64,000 nt of DNA, from the IMG/VR virus record IMGVR_UViG_3300005098_000013, positions 1-64,000 of that record. One strand, 5' to 3'. Shown in pieces: positions 9,922 through 20,339 of this stretch (the first letter of the stretch is position 1; every line of letters starts with the position of its first letter). The translations under genes and the position numbers were made by a program. Source of the DNA: a virus. The notes below the pieces were generated by a model, which made no database searches, was not told the origin of the DNA, and worked only from the letters and a program-made list of their open reading frames with translations.

Positions 9922-10386
9922 ATGAGTGAAGAGGAAGAAGTGAAGGTGCCAAGTCTTGATGAGTTGGATGCTTTGGCAACCGAACTACATGAGAAATATA
10001 AGGTGTATGTTCGTTTGGAAAAAGCATTTTATGCATATGATGAACCAAACATGAAATTAGTGGCAATGTTAGAAGGAGATAATAAATCAGGAAAGGAGAT
10101 CAAGGAAAAGGTAGAGAAGTTCTTTGGAGTAAAGCTAAAAGCGAAAAAGGAAGTGCTGGCAGAAGGAATGATAGAATTCAGCTACGAATCACCTAAGCTT
10201 TCGGTGAGACTAGATAAAGCAATGACATGTGAAAAGGTTGGCACAGAGACGAAGGAAGTTGAGTATAAGGTAGAGATAAGCCCCGGTAAGGAGCCAGTAA
10301 TGGAAACAAGAAAGAAAATGGTAGAGGTGCCGGTGTATAAGTGCACAGAAGCTGATATAGAGTTCAGAGGAGAGCCTGAGGAATGA
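9922..10386 (+). CDS. Hypothetical protein
   Basis: SD, overlaps neighbours by ATGA-type coupling. Confidence 0.7.
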   Translation: MSEEEEVKVPSLDELDALATELHEKYKVYVRLEKAFYAYDEPNMKLVAMLEGDNKSGKEIKEKVEKFFGVKLKAKKEVLAEGMIEFSYESPKLSVRLDKAMTCEKVGTETKEVEYKVEISPGKEPVMETRKKMVEVPVYKCTEADIEFRGEPEE

Positions 10387-10598
10387 GTACAGATTTGTAT
10401 GAAAGGAACGGTGTTTGCCTAACGAGATATTGGGGCGGAGAAGAGAAAGGAGTGTGCTACCAGTTGACTTTGGAAGGAAAGAATGAGATTTTGTTTGAAG
10501 GAGAACAGGTTGTATATAAGCAGTTTACAGCAAAGGAAATTAGGCAACTGGTCAATGGCTTGTCAAATATATTAAAAGAAACTGACAGCTGGGACTAG
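10383..10598 (+). CDS. Paralog family B member (single domain)
   Basis: Y.RNG..LTRY...GVCYQL...FT..E..QLV matches N-terminus of 12461-12910. Confidence 0.7.
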   Translation: MSTDLYERNGVCLTRYWGGEEKGVCYQLTLEGKNEILFEGEQVVYKQFTAKEIRQLVNGLSNILKETDSWD

Positions 10599-11004
10599 AG
10601 GTGATGAAGTATGTGTATAGATGTAGAGTTTGTAAAAGGTTTGTTGAAGCATATGATCGACAAGCTGGACGATGCAAAGTTGACGGTTGCTGAAGGAGAG
10701 TCATTGATGATCATAGAACAACAGCTAGGTGAAGCAGTGAAAACGTATGAGTTACTAAGAGAACATATGAAAGGTGCGTATACTAGCGAAGGAGAAGTTG
10801 ATTGGGATGCGTTAGTGCATAGTTTGCTTTAGGGGGTGAGGAAAGAAATGGGCTTAGGAGCAGAAAGGTATCTGAGATATGCAGACGCAATAGCAGAAAT
10901 GGTGATAGAGAACGGAGTGAACGAAGACAATGAAATAGTAGTAGAATTGATGAATGCAATAGACGTGCTAAGAAAAGAGACGAAGGTACCTGTATAGTAT
11001 AGAA

Positions 11005-11043
11005 GTGTGCAGAGAACACCTCGGAGAAGGATTCTCTGCATAT
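11005..11043 (+). promoter_or_regulatory. Conserved-loop hairpin copy 4: GTGTGCAGAGAA-CACCTCGGAGAAGGA-TTCTCTGCATAT
   Basis: 12-bp stem with two G-U pairs, intergenic. Confidence 0.85.
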
Positions 11044-11508
11044 GCCTCAAAAGCTGAGGTTTAGGAGGGAAAAATGGAAGAAGAAATGAATGAGTTGGAT
11101 GTGGAAGCAAAGGAACAGATCAGTAACCTCATGGAAGCTATTGAACATGTAGAAAGCAAAGAAGAGCAGACGCGGACTGCACTGACAGTTAGTACAGTGC
11201 TTGTAGCAAGATTTGCTGGCAGTTTGTATGCAGCTATAGGAGCATGCGAAGCTATAAAGAAAGCACTAATGGAACTTGGAAAAGAATTATATAAGTAAAG
11301 AAAAGGGAGCCAAGGAAAAATGACTAAGCTGAAAGTATGCTTTGAAATAGAAGGCGACGGAATAAGTGACGATGTACTATTGGACAGAGAATCGCTGGAA
11401 CAAACTATCATGTTTGAATTGGACAAAGAATCAGGAAACAACTACTATCATCGAGTGTATACGACTGTAACAAACTTGAAAGTAGAAGAGATAAACTAGG
11501 ATGGAAAA

Positions 11509-11706
11509 ATGAATAAAGAAGGGACTGAAGTTGAGATGGATGAATTGCCGCGCTGCAATTTTTGCAACAAAGCGGCAATGTATGATGGAAAGACGAAAAG
11601 TGGAAGCTGGGCATACATGTGCGAAGAACACTTTAAAATGAGAGGAGTTGGGCTTGGAATTGGCAGAGGCCAGAGACTGGTATTGAGGAGAGAGAAGACA
11701 CAATGA
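11509..11706 (+). CDS. Small Zn-binding phage protein
   Basis: CNFC...MCEEH, GVGLGIGRGQ. Confidence 0.7.
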   Translation: MNKEGTEVEMDELPRCNFCNKAAMYDGKTKSGSWAYMCEEHFKMRGVGLGIGRGQRLVLRREKTQ

Positions 11707-12460
11707 TAAAGAGGTGCATACATTGTGGTGCAGAGTTGAAGACTACAAAAGAAAAGCAAGACAATGTTTGTACAGCATGCGCAACTGCACTGCTAGACGA
11801 TGACTGCTTCGAACAGATAATGGATGAGGCGATGGTTGAATTAGGAAAGGAAGACCAAAATGAAGCATGAGAAGGTAAGGTATGACAAAATAGGAGAGCC
11901 TAGAGGTAATAAGAGAGTGAAGGCGCATGTAGGCGATGTGATAGAGATAGTCGGAACACATGTTATAGGACGAGTGATAAGAATAACGAATTCGAAGAAG
12001 ACAGAAAAGGATATGTGGAGTTCTTGGAGAAGAACGTATAGTGATTGGTTCTATAAGATACGATTTGAGAACGGTAAAGAACAGTGGTTAATGCCAACGC
12101 AAAAGTGGAGGGTTGTGATAGATGCCAATAAAAATATCAAGCAGCGGAAAGGTTGAGTCGAAAGGCATTAGGCTCAAGGAAAATCAACCTAAGCAAAGAA
12201 AGGCTAAGGCTAAGGCCAAGAAAAAAAGCAAAGCAAGTAGAGGCCCTAATGGTTGCCCTTATGCAACTGTTTTAGAAGAAGACAGCGATGGGAGGAAGTT
12301 GTATGAGTGCAACATGTGGCTGTATCACTCTGGCCCGAACTGTATAATAGATGGTGTAGCGGAAAAGGAGTGGTCGCCGATGAGACTAAGAGAAGGTGCT
12401 GAGTTGTGTGTAGGTTGTGATAGAAGGCCACATGTGATAGAAAAGTAGGAGAGAGAAAAA

Positions 12461-12910
12461 ATGGTCTTGAAAAAAGTGGTGTATGATAAGAATGGAATTA
12501 GAATAGATAGATATGATTGTGGAACAGCTGGTGTTTGCTACCAGCTAAACATGGAATCAGATGCGAGCATGCTAGGGGTAATAAACAAAACAATAATACA
12601 AAGAAGCTTTACAACCGAGGAAATGAAGGAGCTAGTAGCAGATCTGGTAGAGCTGAGAATTGGCAGGGAAAAGAGTGACGATAAGGTTAAGTTGATTCGA
12701 AGAAGGAAGAGTTACAAAATGTTTGCGAGCTATGCAGAAAAACTGAAAACTGAGGTTGGGTTAACGAGTGAACAGATTGAAAAATTGCTTGACATCTACT
12801 ATGCCAACATGAACGAAGCATATGCATATGGTTCAGAGAGAAACGCAAATTTAGCATATGAGAGTTTACAGCAATTGAAAGAAGACCTTAGAAGAGGTGA
12901 GAAGCAATGA
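12461..12910 (+). CDS. Paralog family B member with C-terminal helical extension
   Basis: See 10383-10598. Confidence 0.7.
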   Translation: MVLKKVVYDKNGIRIDRYDCGTAGVCYQLNMESDASMLGVINKTIIQRSFTTEEMKELVADLVELRIGREKSDDKVKLIRRRKSYKMFASYAEKLKTEVGLTSEQIEKLLDIYYANMNEAYAYGSERNANLAYESLQQLKEDLRRGEKQ

Positions 12911-13423
12911 ACTTGGAAAAGATAGTGGATGATGAGTTAGAGTATGCAATGAATGCGCTGATAGAAAAGTTTAGGTCAGAACCAGAAATGCATGTGAGAG
13001 AAGCGATTGCGTCACTTTTGATTTATAAAATTGTAACGGAAGCATTTCCGACAAAGGTAGAAAGCGCAGGTGTATTAGAAGCAGCGAAGCAACTTGTATG
13101 GAACGAAGGTGAGTTGAGAGAGAGGTAAAGATGAGAGTGACAATAAACGGGCTTAGGAAGCAGTACAAAGAAGCACTCCAGAATGAAGCATATGAATATA
13201 TTGATATGGAAATATCAGAAGCTTTCTGGAGTCTAAAGAAAGTAAGAGTTGCATTTGAGAGGTATATAGGAAAGAACGGTGAGAAGAGAATCAATCCTAA
13301 TCCATACGATACGTGCTGTTATAAGTGGATGAAGCCTTCAGAACAAAGCAATGTAGAAGGCATGTTTGTGGATGATGTTCTGAGTGGTAGAAAAGATGTG
13401 TAAAAACGGAGAAGGTAGAGCAA

Positions 13424-13831
13424 ATGAAAAAAGAAATGGGGCTAGGGGCGATTGAAAAGGCAAGTGAAGCAGAGAAGAGGTACCTAGAGGAATGGAAGAG
13501 GTTTCATTTGAAGAAGTTAGAGTTGGATTGGCAGAAGGCCATCCAAGCAGTAGTGATTGAAACCGCTATAGATAAGGAGACAGGAAAGAAGAAGTACCCG
13601 AATGCTGATGCTAGGAAAGCAGCGTTAGTATACCAATTCAAGGAAAAAGATGAAGAAATGCTAGAGGTGGAGTTCCAGATGAGGCTGAGGTTGGCTGAGT
13701 GGAACGCAGAAAAGAAGCGCTGCGATTTATGCATCGGTTTGTTAACACAAAGCAACAGTGAAGTTCAGATAAAAGAACTAAAGCAGCTATGGGAAAGGGG
13801 GTATGTGAGTAAAGAAGAGGTGAAGGAGTAG
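13424..13831 (+). CDS. Hypothetical coiled-coil protein
   Basis: Packed ORF, helical composition. Confidence 0.65.
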   Translation: MKKEMGLGAIEKASEAEKRYLEEWKRFHLKKLELDWQKAIQAVVIETAIDKETGKKKYPNADARKAALVYQFKEKDEEMLEVEFQMRLRLAEWNAEKKRCDLCIGLLTQSNSEVQIKELKQLWERGYVSKEEVKE

Positions 13832-14077
13832 AATGGATAAGGAAACGAAAAAGAAGTTGAGAGAAGCAGGATGGACTGAAGAAGAGATAGTAGAGTTGGA
13901 GGCGAAAGAAAAGAGGAAGAGAAGAGCAGAATATGATTACTATGTAGTAGATGAGAATGTGGTAAAACTTTTCAAAGAAGAAGATTCGGAACCGTTTCGG
14001 AGTGTTATAATAGATGCACTCTTGGCAGAGATAGGCTACTATTATAGTTGCAAAACAAAAAAAGGAGGAAGAAAGGA

Positions 14078-14398
14078 ATGCCGATAGAGGTTGGTAAAAT
14101 AAAGGCAATGCCTTATAAGAAGGAAGATAGGAGTAAGAACCAAGCAAAGGTTGTTGCTGTGTTGAAGAAAGATCCACTTCTAGCTTGGACAATAAAGGAA
14201 CTACAGGAAGAAGCAGGCATAAAATATCCTGCTGCCACATTGGTAGCTGTGAATGCGTTAGAAAAGAAAGGATTAGTGGAAAAGTTTCAGAACGAAGAAG
14301 ACAAGACAACTTATGTGCATTGGATTGGTGATAGTGATAGTCGAGTGTTAGTGACGTCTACTAAACAATATATAGCAGAAGAAGATGAACTTGAATAG
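14078..14398 (+). CDS. Winged HTH DNA-binding protein
   Basis: AWTIKELQEEAGI...AVNALEKKGLVEK pattern. Confidence 0.7.
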   Translation: MPIEVGKIKAMPYKKEDRSKNQAKVVAVLKKDPLLAWTIKELQEEAGIKYPAATLVAVNALEKKGLVEKFQNEEDKTTYVHWIGDSDSRVLVTSTKQYIAEEDELE

Positions 14399-14819
14399 CA
14401 AAGACACACAATGGAAAGGTACGCCTACAGAATGGCTCGAAAAGTGGGTTAGAGAGCGTGAAGAAGCTCGAACATCGCGGGCCACAGTGAAGTTTGTAAC
14501 AAAGCTTGAAAAGACCTACGTATATCTTGCCACTCACAAGAACTGGGCATATTCAGTAGATGAGTTGAGCGACATAATGGAGATGGATAGGAAAACTGTG
14601 AAGCACGTGCTTAAGCTATTGGAGAAGATAGATGCTGCTGAAATGAAGATGGCAGTTGGCGAAAAGTATTACATATTCAAGCAAGAGATGGACGTGCTTG
14701 AGGCCTACAAGAAGTTTCTAGTGAAGAAATACAGAAGCTGGAGAATGAGTTCAGAGGAGATTGCTGAAGACATAGTAAGAAAAGGACTGGAAAATGTTGG
14801 TGAAAATAGTGCTTCTTGA
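14385..14819 (+). CDS. Winged HTH DNA-binding protein
   Basis: YSVDELSDIMEMDRKTVKHVLKLLEK. Confidence 0.7.
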   Translation: MNLNSKDTQWKGTPTEWLEKWVREREEARTSRATVKFVTKLEKTYVYLATHKNWAYSVDELSDIMEMDRKTVKHVLKLLEKIDAAEMKMAVGEKYYIFKQEMDVLEAYKKFLVKKYRSWRMSSEEIAEDIVRKGLENVGENSAS

Positions 14820-15576
14820 TGAAAAAGGGAAGGTGGCTAAGATGGAGAGCAGCAAGCCAAGAGAAGAGTTTGAGGCAATAATGCTATTCGAAGATTTGCA
14901 ACACAAGATGTATGCTTCAGAGGTAGGAATGGATAAGAACGCAATGTGCAATCCCAATGCCTAAGCCCAAGCAAATCAGGGAGATGGAGAAGATGCCATT
15001 GAAACTGGTTAGAGTGGGCGATGCTATTGCAAGGATTGATGCGAATAAAAAGTTGAAAGAAACGAAGGATGTTCGGAAAGTATTCGTTTGGGGCGGCTGT
15101 CCTTATCTAAAGGATACTGGAAAGGAGTCAAGAAGCGGAAAGATCTGGTATTGTAGTTTTGAGGACAAGTTCTCAAACGATGCAGTGCCGTTTGTTTGTC
15201 AAACTTGTGACAAGTATAAGTTGCATAAAAGTTTGACAACACCACAATGGTAAGTTTAGGAGAAGATGTAAAATGGCAAAGGTGACAATGGAAGATGTGA
15301 AGGAAGTTCTTATTGCAGACCTTGAAAGAATAAGAGAAGAAGATATAGAAGTAACAGACGCTAATATAGATGAGGCACAAAAAAATGATAAAGGAAGCAA
15401 CAACGATTTATGATGTGGAACGCGCATGCATGTTGCATCGATTTGCTGAAAACGAAGAAGAAGTTGGTTCGTGGATACTCAGTTTATTGATGCAAGGAGG
15501 AGAACACAAAGCAATGGAATGATGCTCACCACAATTAATCATGAGGTGAGAAGGTATGTGTTAAAAGAAATAGGAG

Positions 15577-15855
15577 GTGAAAAAAAGAATGCCAATAGAA
15601 AGAGATGTGCTAGAAGGTTTGCCTGCTCCTAGTGGAAGAGGGCCAAGTGTATCGAACACAATACTCGAGTTCTTGGAAAGAAGCCCGGATCAAGGCTTCT
15701 CTTACAAAGAGCTGAGGGAAGCTCTGAAACTGAACTCGCAGAGTGTAAGTTCGGCTTGCAAAAGGCTTGCTGAAGCAGAGCCTCCAAAAATTATACGCGG
15801 GCAAGATGCAACTGGCACAGTCTACGTTGCAGTAGCAACTGCGGAAGAGGACTAG
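15577..15855 (+). CDS. Winged HTH DNA-binding protein
   Basis: FSYKELREALKLNSQSVSSACKRL. Confidence 0.7.
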   Translation: MKKRMPIERDVLEGLPAPSGRGPSVSNTILEFLERSPDQGFSYKELREALKLNSQSVSSACKRLAEAEPPKIIRGQDATGTVYVAVATAEED

Positions 15856-15876
15856 ATTAGATTTGAAAGCAGAATG

Positions 15877-15915
15877 TGGGCTTGCGTTTTTAAGCAAGCC
15901 CAATGTTTTTTTTTT
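15877..15915 (+). terminator. Hairpin (TGGGCTTGC/GCAAGCCCA) followed by T10
   Basis: Seen directly after stop of 15577-15855. Confidence 0.7.
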
Positions 15916-15932
15916 GGAAGGAGGTGTTTAAG

Positions 15933-16454
15933 GTGAAAAGGTTAGTTTTAAAGAAAAAAGAAGCGGAGAAGGTTGAGATTGAAGAGATACCAGAAGAGAG
16001 GCTAGTAAATGTTAGTGGATATTCAGCATTTGTAACTGGGGATGCTGGCAACAGTGTTGTCGTACGAACATTTGGTAGTTTCGAATACAGAGCGTTTAGT
16101 CTTGATGATGCATTTGACTGGGAAATCGGAATAGATGAGCATGGTGACAAGATTTTAGTGCCGCTAAAGAAGAGACAAGGTAGAATGGAATTAAAGAAAT
16201 TAGTCATAAAGAAAAAAGAAGAAGGAGAAGTTGAAGAGATACCGGAAGATAGGCTGTGCTGGGTTAAGCTGAAAGATCATTATAGAGTTCTTGAAATAAA
16301 CAATGAGGGAGTATATATGGCTGAAAGGGCGGACGGTGACTTCAAAGACAGGGCAATATATCTTCACTATAACTATGATTGGGTACTAGGAAAAGATAAT
16401 ATGGGAAATATATGTTTAGTACCATTGAAGAAAGGAGAAGAAGGAGATGTATGA
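15933..16454 (+). CDS. Hypothetical protein made of two tandem ~85-aa repeats
   Basis: K.LV.KKK...EEIPE.RL...RA..L...DW..G.D..G...LVPLKK occurs twice; GTG start after GGAGGTG. Confidence 0.75.
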   Translation: MKRLVLKKKEAEKVEIEEIPEERLVNVSGYSAFVTGDAGNSVVVRTFGSFEYRAFSLDDAFDWEIGIDEHGDKILVPLKKRQGRMELKKLVIKKKEEGEVEEIPEDRLCWVKLKDHYRVLEINNEGVYMAERADGDFKDRAIYLHYNYDWVLGKDNMGNICLVPLKKGEEGDV

Positions 16455-17105
16455 AGTATTTGCAACGTTGGCCTTTTGGATTTGCATACTGCTAACTGTG
16501 CTAGCGATTATAATTTCAGGCATATACATTGCAGCATGGTTAGTTGACAAGATATGCATTTCGATTGACAAAATGCTTAGCGAGGAGAAGAAGTGAATGA
16601 TGTGCTGCTGCTTTGCATAGGTATCTTTGGTTGCGGAGCCTTCCTTATAACTATAGGGCCTTGGCTAGTCTACACAATCTTAACTGCAATAGAGGCTCTG
16701 ATTGCTACGGAAGGCGATTTTAAAGTTAGTGAGCCTACGGATAATGTAGATGGGTTGGAAGAGGTTCTGGTTGGCTCAGGTGACAAGGAAGCAATGAGGC
16801 CTACTAGGAGAGCAATTAGGAGAGGCATTGTGAGTGGAGGTGAAAAGATGAGACCAATGAAGCGTGTAACAAATGTAAAAGAGAAGAGGAAGTAAATGAA
16901 AAAAAGAGAGTATGATGTTGTAGCAAAGGCAGTAGAGCCGCCGATTAGAGTGTATTGGAGAGCTAAAGAAGGAGATGAGCTTTCTTATGACGACGCTTAT
17001 ACTATGGAAGATGCAGAACGTATGAGAGATGAGCTTATTGGAGCAGACTTCATAGATGTAGAAATTGTTGTCAAAGGAAAAGATAAGGTGTAGGTGTTGT
17101 AAAAG

Positions 17106-17132
17106 TTGGCAAGCTTGTAATTAGCTTGCCAA
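17106..17132. other. Perfect hairpin TTGGCAAGCT/AGCTTGCCAA just upstream of a tRNA-like element
   Basis: Seen directly. Confidence 0.7.
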
Positions 17133-17140
17133 TTTAATTT

Positions 17141-17207
17141 GAGGCAATATGGTAACAAAATAGTAGCCTGTGCTGCTTGAGTGGGAGTTCGACTCTTCCT
17201 TGCCTCA
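17141..17207 (+). ncRNA. tRNA-like element (acceptor GAGGCAA/TTGCCTC, T arm GGGAG-TTCGACT-CTTCC, vestigial D arm, 4-nt anticodon loop)
   Basis: Pairings read from sequence. Confidence 0.7.
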
Positions 17208-18375
17208 ATGAGGTGAGAAAAAGAAATGGATGAAGAAGACGAAATAGCAAAGATAGAAGAGGTACACGAGAGAGCTACATGGAGGCAACAACTCTATGAC
17301 CTGGAAGGTGAGGAGAGATGTTGAAGGAAATACACATAGTGGTAAGGACAGATAATGTGAAGGAAATCAAGTATGTGTTTCAGAAAGTCGACGAGGCTGC
17401 TGAGCTTGTTGGAGTAGACAAGATGCAACTATCGATGGTAGACAAAGAAAAGAAGTTGTGGTGGAAAGGAGGTGTGAAAGAAATGAGCGAGAGAACAAGG
17501 AACTGGGTTGGCATAGCAATTGTTGCAAGCATTACGTTTGCAATTAGTTGCACCATAACGGTTCTGTCATTAACCTGAGAAAAGGTTAGGGTCTGCTTCA
17601 GGAGAAGAGAGTGTTAGGAGGTAAAGAAAAGAATGAAAGCAAAGTATGTGAAAGTCTTGAAAGAAGAGTTAGAGGAGCATATAGAGGAGGCAAGTAGGCG
17701 AATAGAGTATTGGAAAGGTAGGAAGGCAGCATTCGAGCAGCTTTTGAAACAAAAGGAGGGAGAGATGTGACGTATGAGTATGAGATCCTAGCTTGCGTAG
17801 TGCCAAATTATTTGGCGTCACTTAGCGCGGAGCTGAGTAAGATAGAAGTGGTGAAAGCGAATCCGCTAGGAACGTGGGTAAGGATTGGTTATGTTAGAAC
17901 CAGCAGAAAGTTGGACGATGAAAACATGGAGAAGATTAGGAAAACGTTTAGAGGAAAGTTGAAACATTTGCAACAGTGGGCACATGGATCGATTAGAAAG
18001 TTTGAAATAAGACAATTGGTACCTAAGGAAGGTTAGGCGAGGAAGATGAGTGAAGAGGGCTATAATAAGTTAGTAGACAATAGAGGAGGTGAAGAAGATG
18101 AATGGAAATAGTGGCCTTAGGAGATTTCAATTAAACCCAACAGGTGTACAAGCAACTGAGGTAGTGAAGAGAAAGAAGCCAGAGATGCAGAAAGTGAAGA
18201 TAAAGATTGTTGTGGAAAGTGAAAAAGAAATTAGAGATGGCGTAATAGAAGAAGAATGGTTAGCAAACATGACAATGACTGAAGTAATGGAACAGATTAT
18301 AGAGGCAATAAAGGAGATAGAATAAGAAGAGGAGGCTGCCATGAAGGAACTGCATCGCTAAGCCCAGCACTGGGC

Positions 18376-18777
18376 ATGGGAGAGAAGATGAAGGAAATAA
18401 AACGCATCTTGAGTGTAGAGGAGGCAGAAGAGTTAAGGCAATGTTTACGAAAGAAGAAGTTCGCATTTCGCAACCGTTTCAGTGGCTACGAGGAGGTAAT
18501 TCATTACACTACAAGTACACGGCTAAAGGTCCACTTTATCTTTTCTCCGTGTCTTGGTTCAGATGGTGAAGATATGATAAAGGTGAAGTTTCATATTGAT
18601 AATGTGTACGAGAAACATCACAGACTATCAACTAAGCTAAAGGATTATGAACGTATTCTTAAATGGTTGGCTTTGCCATCTGAATTAGCATTTGGTTTGA
18701 CAGGTGCATTTACAAAAAAGAAGTGGGTTGCAAAGAGGTTCAGGAGAAGAGCATTAGGGTCAAAAAACAAAAAATGA
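18376..18777 (+). CDS. Hypothetical protein
   Basis: Packed ORF. Confidence 0.6.
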   Translation: MGEKMKEIKRILSVEEAEELRQCLRKKKFAFRNRFSGYEEVIHYTTSTRLKVHFIFSPCLGSDGEDMIKVKFHIDNVYEKHHRLSTKLKDYERILKWLALPSELAFGLTGAFTKKKWVAKRFRRRALGSKNKK

Positions 18778-18786
18778 ATAAAAGCT

Positions 18787-19266
18787 ATGCTGGTAATTGG
18801 AGACCGCACTGTTCAAAGTGTGGTAGGTTCGTGGGCAAAGATGGACTCTTTGATGTATCCTATGATGATTACACGGGAGGTTATGAGTATGAAAGGTAAA
18901 GAAGAAGGAATGGCCAAAAATAAGAAAAGCAAAGTGGAAGAAAAGAATATAGAATTAATTAAGGAATGCATTTTTGATTGCATTCAAAAGTGGTTAGCAG
19001 ACAAGAGACGAGGCCCATTTTCATGGGTAGATGATGGGCTAGCATCCTATGATGGAATAGGACGAGATGCTGCATATAAGTTGCATTGGGGATGGGTTGG
19101 TGCATGGAATGAAAGTGGCAGAGAGAAAACAATGCATGTATTTTTGCGCGAATGGGCAACAGATAGCAATATACGTGCTGCTATAGAAAGGGAGGATTTT
19201 TCGTTGATGCCTGGCACTTATGTTCCAGATAAAGTTGGTACATTCAAAAGGTTAGAGGGTGAATAG
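18787..19266 (+). CDS. Hypothetical protein (true start probably internal)
   Basis: GGGAGGT SD before internal MSMK. Confidence 0.6.
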   Translation: MLVIGDRTVQSVVGSWAKMDSLMYPMMITREVMSMKGKEEGMAKNKKSKVEEKNIELIKECIFDCIQKWLADKRRGPFSWVDDGLASYDGIGRDAAYKLHWGWVGAWNESGREKTMHVFLREWATDSNIRAAIEREDFSLMPGTYVPDKVGTFKRLEGE

Positions 19267-19267
19267 T

Positions 19268-19429
19268 ATGATGAAAGAGCCAATGGTTCAAATAGCTTGC
19301 TTGATGGATGTTGATTTGGTCGCAAAACTAGAGGTAGTTAAGAAGGAGAAAGGGAAGAGAACAGGGTGGATAGTTAGGGAAGCTGTTAAGAGATATTTGG
19401 ATGATGAAATCAAAAGGACAGGGGGGTGA
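19268..19429 (+). CDS. Ribbon-helix-helix protein (53 aa, below track cutoff)
   Basis: MVQIACLMDVDLVAKLE...TGWIVREAVKRYL. Confidence 0.7.
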   Translation: MMKEPMVQIACLMDVDLVAKLEVVKKEKGKRTGWIVREAVKRYLDDEIKRTGG

Positions 19430-19439
19430 ATAAGAAAAG

Positions 19440-19688
19440 ATGGAAGAAGGAGAAGAAGGTGGTTTGATGGGGTGGTACAATGATGAGGATGTAAAGCCAA
19501 TAGTTGAAGTAGAGTTGGCAGGACCAAGCGGAAATGTGTTTGCAATAATGGGAAACGCAAGTGCTAAGTTAAGGAGAGCAAACCGCAGTGAAGAGGCAAA
19601 AGAAATGGTTAGCAGAGTAGTAAAGGCAAAGAGTTATGAAGAGGCACTGGAAATTATTGAAGAGTATGTAAGACTCATAAAGTGGTGA
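19440..19688 (+). CDS. Conserved small phage protein
   Basis: L.GPSGNVFAIMG...SYEEALEII pattern. Confidence 0.65.
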   Translation: MEEGEEGGLMGWYNDEDVKPIVEVELAGPSGNVFAIMGNASAKLRRANRSEEAKEMVSRVVKAKSYEEALEIIEEYVRLIKW

Positions 19689-19690
19689 AG

Positions 19691-20308
19691 ATGGAAAAGA
19701 TAGAACAAATCTTTAGGCATTCTGCCCATCTCAAAATACTGCTTCTGTACCATAAGAATAATGAACTTATAACAACAATTGGCAAACTCGCAGAAAAAAT
19801 TGGAATGAGTCAAGTGTCTGTAAGGAATGCAGTCAACGATCTTGCGGAGGCAAGAGTGCTAGATGCGTTATATACAGGAAGAAGGCGTGTTATAAGAATT
19901 GCCAATACAACGCAAGCACAGTTAGTTTTTAGTTTTATCGAGGAAATAAATAATGCCGAAGAAAAGCAGCGTTTTGTTTTGAGCTCGGACTGGTTGAACG
20001 AAGCTATAGGTAGGCCAAAGCCAAGAAAATTAAAAGATGTGCTTTCTTTGTGTCACAAGACGCCACACTATAAGTATATTTGCGATGCACTGCAAACTAG
20101 CAATGGTGAGGTAGAAGAGTTGTACCAGGAATATTGTGCGTTATGCAAGTCGAAAAATGTTAAGCCCCTAAAAGAGGTTACAATATCAGGGTATTTAAGG
20201 GGGCTTGTTAGAGAAGGCAAGGTAATACAAGATAAAAGAAAGCATGTAGATAAAGGAAGGTATAGAGTCAAAGAGAAGGTAGGAGTTGAAGATAGAAGCA
20301 GAAGGTGA
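19691..20308 (+). CDS. Double winged-helix protein; C-terminal domain resembles Cdc6/Orc1 C-terminal WH
   Basis: N-term TIGKLAEKIGMSQVSVRNAVNDL; C-term ELYQEYCALCKSKNVKPLKEVTISGYLRGLVREGKV. Confidence 0.7.
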   Translation: MEKIEQIFRHSAHLKILLLYHKNNELITTIGKLAEKIGMSQVSVRNAVNDLAEARVLDALYTGRRRVIRIANTTQAQLVFSFIEEINNAEEKQRFVLSSDWLNEAIGRPKPRKLKDVLSLCHKTPHYKYICDALQTSNGEVEELYQEYCALCKSKNVKPLKEVTISGYLRGLVREGKVIQDKRKHVDKGRYRVKEKVGVEDRSRR

Positions 20309-20339
20309 TGAGGTTTTACGAGAAACGGCAAATCAACGA

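Larger units (their letters stand above)
2264..20308 (+). other. Early/accessory region of many short co-oriented hypothetical ORFs, several with CxxC zinc ribbons or HTH motifs
   Basis: Tightly packed + strand ORFs with SD motifs and Glu/Lys-rich composition; - strand ORFs are Phe/Leu/Ser shadows. Confidence 0.85.

Noticed and set aside
6786-11043. Hairpin family or terminal repeats as a CRISPR or TIGR-like array
   Set aside because: Units are more than 1 kb apart with genes between; no regular repeat-spacer period and no Cas or Nop-domain effector seen
12386-12396. CTAAGAGAAGG inside a coding region
   Set aside because: Expected by chance in A/G-rich coding sequence; no extended stem
2100-20331. 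Numerous - strand ORFs rich in Phe/Leu/Ser
   Set aside because: Shadows of the purine-rich + strand genes; no SD, low complexity
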